64,000 nt of DNA from assembly GCF_006345805.1 (NCBI RefSeq), contig NC_043004.1, positions 27,962,001-28,026,000 on the forward strand. Reading direction: 5' to 3'. The position numbers and the translations under genes are program-made. How positions within the stretch are numbered: position 1 is the stretch's first letter; each line of letters begins with the position of its first letter. Source of the stretch: Octopus sinensis (Eukaryota). Below the pieces are notes generated by a model that saw only the letters and a program-made list of their open reading frames with translations, was not told the origin of the DNA and ran no database searches. Positions 55,553 through 64,000 of this stretch are shown piece by piece.

Positions 55553-55680
55553 CTAACAACAACAACAACAACAACGATGACGACGACGACGACGACGACG
55601 ACAACAACAACAACAACAACAACAACAGCAGCAGCAGCAGCAACAACAACAACAACAATAATAATAATGATAATAATAAT

Positions 55681-56233
55681 GCCCTGATGCAGAACCAGGC
55701 AGTGGCTCTCATGGCTTCATATCTTAACTGATTGGAAATGTTATCATGCACATTGTTTTGTCTTGGCATAAAAGTTGGGCCACAGCAAATATTCTGCTCA
55801 GTACCATAGATTTGCTTGGCAGTTGTTTGACCTTAACTCGTTGAGCATGTCCTTTGGTGACTGACGGTATGTGCATATCTGATCATGAGCAGAAGTAGTG
55901 GGGGAGCATCATAGCCATATGTTGAGAGGAATTCTTTGGAGTTTGAATAATTTACCTCTGGAAGCATGTGTGTTTTGTCCAACATCTTTATGCAACCCAT
56001 ATTCAAGGACTGTTAACGGGATGGGTTACTCAACCCGAAGAAAAATTCTAACAGGGCCCCACCTGCAAGGTCATGCGCTGTTTATCCTAATACGAGATCA
56101 CCATGTTACGCACATATGGTTATGATGCATGTGCCTGATATACCCTTATCAGATGAGTAGTCATCACGGGTATATTGGGATTCGTATATTTTACCCCAGT
56201 GTCACTTTGATAGCATACACTGCTCTCTCACAC
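55681..56233. mobile_element. Insertion flanked by (AAT)n/(AAC)n, probably non-coding end of an RLE (Dong-like) element
   Basis: Complex ~550-bp sequence precisely bounded by (AAT)n tracts, near RLE relics. Family assignment is inference. Confidence 0.4.
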
Positions 56234-56242
56234 AATAATAAC

Positions 56243-56284
<42 letters not shown>

Positions 56285-56294
56285 AATAATAATG

Positions 56295-56325
<31 letters not shown>

Positions 56326-56362
56326 CAACAACAACTACTACTACTACAACAACAACAACAAC

Positions 56363-56915
56363 AAGAGTACTCAGAGAGCGCAAACTTCCGCCAAGGCAAC
56401 ACCAACATCCTCTCAGAGATGATTTTTAAAATGAGAATATCTGGAATAAACTCGGCTGCTCTCACAAACGAGAACACTAAAAATGAACCCAACCGCTCTC
56501 AAAAATTAAGTAAAAGAAAAACCGAAAAAATATTTCAGAATCCTTGTCCGGTACCTGATCGAACCCAATGACAGTCATGAATGTGAAGGTGACAGTAGAA
56601 AATTTAGTAACAGTAATAGATAGTTTATCCTTATCTAATACAAGCCAAAATTAACAAATTCACCATTCAAAATAGTTACAGCCTAAAGGGAGATAATTGA
56701 GAAAGACTTGAAAGTTAACGTAAGATCGTAATCCTGTAAAGTAAAGTAAATACAAAAAATAATTCAGAATCCTTGTTCGGTACCGTATCGATTCCAAAAT
56801 CTAATCAGTTCGTGCCGAATCCATTCAGCGGTTCTTCAGATATATTGTCCACGGACAAACAAACAAACACGACTGAAAACAATACTTCCGTCTTCGCTAA
56901 GGCGGAGGCAAATAA
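56363..56915. mobile_element. Possible Helentron-like or non-autonomous DNA element
   Basis: Subterminal inverted motif CTTCCGCCAAGG / TAAGGCGGAGG with (CAAA)n near one end and an internal repeat CAGAATCCTTGTYCGGTACC. Confidence 0.35.
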
Positions 56916-56949
56916 CGAAAATGTGATGCACCAACAAACAATTAGGAAG

Positions 56950-57570
56950 CAAGATGAAGAAATAGTAAACGACTGGAAAATAAAATGCGGCATGGGTAAT
57001 ACCTCAGGGAAATCGAAGGAAAAGACAAGAACAGCACTTGAAGATGGCTAAGATAATGTGATCTGAAAGGATGCACTGAGGCATTGATATGCAGCGCCCA
57101 AGAACAAGCTCTGAAAACTAATTGCTCCAAGTTCCAAATAGATAAGAGTAGCGAATCGCTCTTTTGTAGGATGTGTGGCAGCAGAAAGGAAGCAATCTCA
57201 CATATTGTGAGTGCAGCAAGCTGGCCTAAATGCACTACAAAAGGAGGTACAATAACGTTGCTGAGGTCGTCCACTGGGCTATGTAAAACGTACGGCCTGA
57301 ACAGAACACGGATATGGTAAGAACATGAACCAGAAGGGGTCACCGAGAACAAAGAATATAAGATACTGTAGGATTTTACAATCCAATGTGACTCACTAAT
57401 CGATGCTCGGAGAACAGATATTGCTGTGGTAGATAGAAGAAAAGGTAACTAAAATTATTGATTTGCAATACCTGGAGATGCACGCATAAGTGACAAGGAA
57501 CTAGAAAAGATTGAAAAATACAGACTACTAATAGACCAAATCGCAAGAATATGGACTATGAGAAGAGTAC
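56950..57570 (+). pseudogene. R4/Dong-like non-LTR relic: zinc knuckle and RLE domain
   Basis: TEALICSAQEQALKTN, CRMCG..KEAISHIVS, EHEPEGVTENKEYKIL, IQCD..IDARR.DI, AIPGD.RISDKELEKIEKY. Confidence 0.8.
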
Positions 57571-57624
57571 ATTACTTACAGGATTTACATTTGACGGATA
57601 TTTATCCTCATCTTGTTTGTTGTT

Positions 57625-57670
57625 AACACAACGTTTCGGCTGATATATTCTCCAGCCTTCATCAGGCGTC
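57625..57670 (-). ncRNA. Minimal type I hammerhead ribozyme with canonical core
   Basis: GACGC-CTGATGA-A-GGCTG-(10 nt)-CAGCC-GAAA-C-GTT-GTGTT; palindromic AACGTT stem III. Confidence 0.8.
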
Positions 57671-57699
57671 TTGGGGAAATTTCGAACCCGGGTTCTCAT

Positions 57700-58870
57700 T
57701 CCCAAGAGCACATGGCGTAGAGGAACAACTTTAGGATTGGTCGAATCGCGGAGTCATGCCTTTTTGGATGACTAAAGGGAGAGCAGTATTCCTTATGAAT
57801 GGCAAGAGCAAGGGCAATATAGATAGTAATTATAGACCAATCATTTGCTTTTAACAAGAAGCTGTTAACAAGAATGTTCTCAGAATGCATTTATGAGCGT
57901 CTTGACAGCTAGAATTTACTTCCAGAAGGACAGAAAAGTTTCAGGAAGAAGGTTAGAGGAATACATGATCTATTATACATAGACAAAGCGGTTCTAAAAG
58001 AAGTGAAATTTAGAAAGAAAAATCCAATGATATGAATAGATTATAAGAAAAACTATGATATTAATTTCACACTCATGGATAAGTATATTCAGTATTGCAG
58101 ACAACATAAGAGATTTAATTAGCTATAGCATGAAGAAAAGGAAAGTAGATCTTTACTCAGATGATACAGCCTTAGTTAATATCAAGAGGGAACGTCTCCA
58201 GGGAGACTCGTTTTCCTTTTCAATATTTGTACGAGCTGGCAGAAACGTTAACACGCCGAGTGAAATGCTTAGCAGTATTTCGTCTGCCGTTACGTTCTGA
58301 CTTCAAATTCCGCCGAGGTCGACTTTGCCTTTCATCCTTTCGGGGTCGATAAATTAAGTACCATTTGCGTACTGGGATCGATCGAATCGACTGGTTCCCT
58401 CCCCCAAAGTTTGGGGCTTTGTGCTCCCTCCCCCAAAGTTTGGGGCTTTGTACCTAGAGTAGAAAAGAATATTTGTACTATGCTTAATCCGTCTTACTTT
58501 AATATTAAGAAAGATAAAGGCAGTGTGCCTGTTTAGCGGTAGTAAAGGAAAAACTAACCATTTACTCTACATAAATGAGTTGAAGCTCTTTTAATACGAA
58601 TAAAATGAGATAGATTCTTTAATACATCAGTAGGGTGAGTAAGTTAATGAAGTCAAAGCTTAATGGCTCGAATCTATTAAACACTGTAAATACTTGGCAG
58701 TAACGTTACTTAGATATTCATCAGCTTTTGTAGATTGGACAAAATATCTGAATTAGCAAAGCTAGACAGAAGAACCAGGAAGAAGTTTATTATGAATGGA
58801 GAACTTCTTCCTAAAGCAAGATTATATTTACCTAGACAGCAACGTCGTGAAAGTTTAGTATCAGTGGGAA
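57700..58870 (+). pseudogene. R4/Dong-like reverse transcriptase relic
   Basis: GNIDSNYRPI, NLLPEGQKSFRK, HDLLYIDKAV, IDYKK.YD..SHSWI, LQGDSFS. Confidence 0.75.
58233..58467 (+). mobile_element. SINE family A variant nested in the RT relic, 11-bp TSD
   Basis: AATATTTGTAC at 58222-58232 and 58468-58478. Confidence 0.85.
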
Positions 58871-59058
58871 TATAGATATGATAGTTAATTATGTATCTAG
58901 TTAGATAGATACGTAGGTTAGTCTAGAAACAGAAATATATTAAAAGATATACAATTAAATCTGTAGTTGAACAGAAATAAAATGAAAAGAAATGAAAATA
59001 ATCTCAAATGATAACTAACTTGGATTGAGCCATGGTGGTAGCTGCACCGTGAAAGTGC

Positions 59059-59095
<37 letters not shown>

Positions 59096-59184
59096 GGGAG
59101 AGTTTACAAAAAAAGCAAAAGACGAAGACAGGTGTTGTACAAAACAACCAGATGTATTAGTATAACGCTCAGGAATAGAAAACG

Positions 59185-59222
59185 TCTTTTACGTTTCGAG
59201 CCTACGCTCTTCTACAGAAAGA
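59185..59222 (-). ncRNA. Minimal HHR motif (CUGUAGA variant) in a P1-related terminus (59093-59260)
   Basis: TCTTT-CTGTAGA-A-GAGC-GTAG-GCTC-GAAA-C-GTA-AAAGA; stems I and II pair. Confidence 0.6.
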
Positions 59223-59544
59223 GACACAGAAAAAACAAGGAGAGAAAAACATGTGTATCATATATATATGAATAAGCTTTATCTTTTTAATTCATCTTTT
59301 ATTTCCTTAAACTATAAAGCACATCATTTCTGCTAAACATATTAAAAGTATTTAAATAAGCAACATCTAAATTTATTTCGATTATATTTGAAAGTGCAGT
59401 TTTGATTAAATGGCAGGATTTAAAAATAACTTTTTGGGGACTCCTTGCTTGTGTTTTCAGATATGCAGGTTTACACCGTGAAATTTCCACGGGTCCCACT
59501 AATAACAATATTTCAAAAGTTAACACAAGGCATGCAATCTTTTA

Positions 59545-59925
59545 GAGCGAGAGGGTTTGAAAGTAGATTACATTGGCCCCAATGCTCTACTGGTACCATC
59601 CTGAAAGAATGAAACTCAAAGACGATTTCTAATATTTTAACTCAGAACATAAAGAACCAGAAGAAATACTGCTAAGCTTTTTGGCCGACGCACCAACGAA
59701 TTCTGTCAGCTCACCGCCTTGATAACGATAATAACAATTCTTTCTACTATAGGCACAAGGCCTGAAACTTTGGGTTAAGGCTCTAGTAGATTATTTTGGC
59801 CCCAGTACTCAACTGGTATTTATTTATCGGAACTCGAACTTGAAAAGGATGAAAGGCAAATTCGACATCGGCGGAATTTGGACTCAATATAAAACCGGAA
59901 GAAATGCTGCCAAGAATTTTGTGTA
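59545..59925 (-). mobile_element. Two diverged SINE family A-related copies
   Basis: AAGGATGAAAGGCAAATTCGACATCGGCGGAATTTG core. Confidence 0.6.
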
Positions 59926-59977
59926 ACTCATGCTGGTTTTATTATACCAACAAAATGTACATGTACCGCTTGTTATA

Positions 59978-60303
59978 GGCGCAGGCGTGGCACCTTGGGC
60001 AAATGTCTTCTACTATTGCCTCAGGACAATCAAAGACTTGTGAGTAGATTTGATTGACGGAAACTAAAAGAAGGATGTCGTGTGTGTGTGTGGTGTGTGT
60101 GTGTTTGTGATGTCTGTGTTTGTTCCCCATTAATACTTGACAACCGGTATTGGTATATTTATGCCCACGTATATTAGCGTTTCGGCAAATGTAGAATATG
60201 TATTAAGCCTTAAAAATATCCTGGGGTCGATTCATGCAACTAAAACCCTTCAAAGTAATGCTCCAGCGTGCCCGCAGTCAAATGACTGAAACAAGTAAAA
60301 AGA
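59978..60303 (+). mobile_element. SINE family B with internal deletion
   Basis: GGCGCAGG joined to CGTGGCACCTTGGGCAA...CAGTCAAATGACTGAAACAAGTAAAA. Confidence 0.75.
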
Positions 60304-60373
60304 ACATATATATATATAATATATATATGTGTATATATATATATATATATAACAACATGATGCCAAGGATTCA

Positions 60374-60451
60374 GCGGTACATATGTTTCGGGCCTTTATT
60401 AGACGGATTTATAACAATGCATAATGTGTGTCTATGGCCTTCTTCAGCCGC
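60374..60451 (-). ncRNA. Type I hammerhead ribozyme, intact core
   Basis: GCGG-CTGAAGA-A-GGCC.TAGAC...GTCTA...GGCC-C-GAAA-C-ATAT-GTA-CCGC; palindromic stem III ACATATGT. Confidence 0.8.
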
Positions 60452-60692
60452 GCACAACTCCTTCCACAAGGACATGTATTACATCAAAAATTCTTGGTTG
60501 GGGATGCAAATCCTCTCATTCGCGTACAACATAATGCGGCAACAGCATAAAAATGAAGCGTCCATCCCGTTCTTCTCTCAATGTAGAATATTTTTATGCT
60601 GTTGCCGCATTATGTTGTACGCGAATGAGAGGATTTGCATCCCCAACCAAGAATTTTTGATGTAATACATGTCCTTGTGGAAGGAGTTGTGC

Positions 60693-60769
60693 GCGGCTGA
60701 AGAAGGCCACAGACACACATTATGCATTGTTATAAATCCGTCTAATAAAGGCCCGAAACATATTACCGC
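60693..60769 (+). ncRNA. Mirror HHR copy lacking G16.2
   Basis: Same motif but GAAACATAT-TA-CCGC. Confidence 0.6.
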
Positions 60770-60888
60770 TGAATTCTTGGCATCATGTGTTATTTTTGAT
60801 TAATTTACTCCACCACCTACACCACCAAACGGTATATACAGGTGCTTACAATTATCAAGTACTCACCCCGAATTTATATATATATATA

Positions 60889-60922
<34 letters not shown>

Positions 60923-60973
60923 ATGTGTGTGTGTGTGTGTGTGTGGGTGTATGTATGTATATATATATGCATG

Positions 60974-61023
<50 letters not shown>

Positions 61024-61783
61024 TGTATATTGTATGTATGTATGTATGTATGTATGTAATGTATGTATGTATGTATGTGTGTCATTGTATTTATTTTGTT
61101 CCCGGTGTTGGTGTGTTTACGTCCCCAGAATTTAGCGGTTCGGCCAAAGATACCGATAAAAAAAAATTACTGGGCTTAGAATAAAAAAGAAGCATTGGAG
61201 TCGAATTAACCCTTCAAGGCAGTGCCCTAGCACGGCTGCAGTCAAATGACTGAAACGAATAAAAGAATAAAGAATATACATACACACAAGCAAAGCCAGC
61301 AGCAAATAAATGCAAAGCAAGGAAGGGAAAGTAGCATTCGCATACCAAAGGTAAAGCAAAATTCTTCTCTATAAAGCGGGTGGGGGGGGGGTGATCACCA
61401 TTTATTACTCAGAGTTTCACGTGACCATTTGTTATCTAATTTTGATGATACAGAAGGAATCAGAATGAACTATGAAATATTCTATTTTATCACAACTGAC
61501 GAACGGTCACGTGAAACTGAACAATAGTTTGTGAAGATTTTCAGCTTTAATAAAATTATATATGTGTGTGTGTATGTTTTCTTATTCAGTTACAATAAAA
61601 ACAACTTTACACTAATCTGATAGGTTACTCTATACTTTTGTAGAGTACAAATTTATTATTCTTCAACAAGAATGTTGTTAACAGTGAATTCGAAGTCACT
61701 GTCACCAGTATTTTTTTTATAAAAATAGAAAATATATATGCCTGTCTGTATACTGGTATATATATATATATATATATATATAT

Positions 61784-61823
<40 letters not shown>

Positions 61824-61945
61824 TATACACACATACGCACGTATACATGCATCTATCTATGTATTTATGCATCTATCTATGTATTTATGCATCTATGTAT
61901 CTGTATATATACATACGTACACACACAAACACAACCAGCACCCCC

Positions 61946-61996
<51 letters not shown>

Positions 61997-61998
<2 letters not shown>

Positions 61999-62134
61999 CG
62001 GTGCATCGTATAAGAAATTACAGGGTAAATGTTTTTTAAATTTTCTCCTGTTTACGGAATTGATGTTATTTTGCGGTTAAGCTTTGGCTGTTATTTCTAG
62101 TGGGTGAATGGCCTATTATGGCCGTTCCTTGATT

Positions 62135-62135
<1 letters not shown>
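61997..62135 (-). repeat. Inverted homologue of 28253-28391, TA-flanked
   Basis: Direct sequence comparison. Confidence 0.8.
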
Positions 62136-62176
<41 letters not shown>

Positions 62177-62539
62177 CGCAAACACAATAGCAAAAATACA
62201 TATGCACTTATATATAAACATACCGTTTACGCATATGTACACCAGCTCAAACACGCGCAAGTAATTATATACGCAAAAGAAAATATAAACTAATTAAATA
62301 CGGGAGCAGAAAAACAATAAATATAGAATGGAAAATACATAAATAGAAACGTTGTTCATTAGTTTTGTAAAGGTAGTAAATATTGTGAAATTAGTTTTTT
62401 CACGACACACAATATTGAGTCAGATTGTTAAAACAGACATTTTTACAAATAAACTTTAATTTAATATGATTCGATTATTACTGACACACAACGACTTCAG
62501 GACCAATACATATCGCGCTCCCGTGTATATATATATACA

Positions 62540-62577
<38 letters not shown>

Positions 62578-62584
62578 TATATAT

Positions 62585-62616
<32 letters not shown>

Positions 62617-62770
62617 TGTATGTATGTATGTATGTATGCATGTATGTATGTATGTATATATGTATATATATATACATATATATATATATATGTATTGTAT
62701 ATATATATATATTTATATATATATATATTATATAATATATATACAGCACACATATGCACTTGCCTACACA

Positions 62771-62870
62771 NNNNNNNNNNNNNNNNNNNNNNNNNNNNNN
62801 NNNNNNNNNNNNNNNNNNNNNNNNNNNNNNNNNNNNNNNNNNNNNNNNNNNNNNNNNNNNNNNNNNNNNN
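62771..62870. other. Assembly gap (100 N)
   Basis: Run of n. Confidence 1.
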
Positions 62871-62952
62871 TGGGGTGTCAGATTATTCCGAACTAGCAAA
62901 GTACCGTCAAGTTAAGTACCGCAACTTCAGCTGAATCTACTTGTCTAATACT

Positions 62953-63001
<49 letters not shown>

Positions 63002-63259
63002 GACTTCCGACGGGATTCTGGCGTTTGCTAAATTTTCATGAGAACAGTCCTTTCTTAGTGGTAAGAGCATAGCGGATCTACTTCTAGCATAATGGATGTC
63101 CACGTAGTGGTCATCCCTCTTATATGTATGTAATATAATTTTTCTGAATCTTCAGATTTTAATATGCTAGACCACTGGTTTTAAATTGATATTAATCAAA
63201 ATAGTATTCAATTTTCACCCTTATCATTTTAATTATATATATATGTATGTATGTGTGTG

Positions 63260-63298
<39 letters not shown>

Positions 63299-63424
63299 TA
63301 TCATACATACACACACTCAGATATATATTCTATGCATATATATATATATATAAATGTGTGTGTGTGTGTGTGTATGTGTGTGTGTGTGTGCATGTGTGTG
63401 GATGTGCATGCGTGTTCATAGGCA

Positions 63425-63640
63425 CGAAGGTGCTTGGCTTACTGGTTAAGATGTTGCATTCATGATCGCAAGACCGTGGTTTCGATTCCAAGATCGGCAG
63501 TGTGTTGCGTTGTATTCTTGAGCTAAATACTTCATTTCACGTTCATCCTGTCCACTCAGTTGTAAATCGGTGATCCCGTGACGGACTAGAGTTCCGTTCA
63601 GGTGTATAATTGTTCCCTTTCCGGTCACAAGGGGGCGGTA
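63425..63640 (+). mobile_element. Diverged tRNA-derived SINE related to family C
   Basis: GAAGGTGCTTGGCTTACTGGTTAAG...GGTTTCGATTCC...TTCTTGAGCTAAATACTTCATTTCACGTT. Confidence 0.6.
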
Positions 63641-63735
63641 GGGAGGACTCATTCGAAACTACAGCAATGCGAGGAATCTCATTGCGACCAACAGTGCATA
63701 GCAACTTCCACTAGTCTGGTCGAGACAGTGACAAG

Positions 63736-63778
<43 letters not shown>

Positions 63779-64000
63779 ATATATTAGTATATATATTCTT
63801 ACATACACAAACACATATATACGTGCTTATACATGCATGCACTCAGACATATGTGTATATGTAAATATATACATCTGTTGTGTGTGTGTGTGAGATATGC
63901 ATGTATTCATGAAGGTACACACATTCATTGATGTAAATACACACACATAACACTATGCCCGTGCACTTACGCATATATATTTTACTCATTGTCGTCGTTA

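Larger units (their letters stand above)
60355..60788. repeat. Long inverted repeat (200/199-bp arms, 35-nt spacer) carrying HHRs
   Basis: 60355-60554 versus 60590-60788: two substitutions and one indel seen. Confidence 0.95.

Overview
Eukaryotic, AT-rich, repeat-dominated DNA with no recognisable intact host gene and a 100-N gap at 62771-62870. The SINE families resemble those I associate with Octopus genomes; this is recall, not a database result. Most ORFs in the track are translations of (TA)n, (CA)n, (TATG)n, (TATC)n and triplet microsatellites. Supportable content: three tRNA-headed SINE families (several copies with TSDs), Tc1/mariner relics (one 298-aa Tc1 DD34E ORF, two mariner relics, DD37D maT relics), a ~2 kb non-autonomous Helitron, and non-LTR relics (R4/Dong-like RLE, Tx1/L1, CR1/L2-like, RTE, Penelope GIY-YIG). 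The most notable signal is about ten hammerhead-ribozyme (HHR) core motifs from several unrelated short element families. Most have type I topology with a palindromic stem III. They sit in Penelope-type termini, a 352-bp partial tandem repeat and a near-perfect 200-bp-arm hairpin, often next to (TA)n tracts. Different retroelement lineages also appear to occupy different microsatellite motifs.
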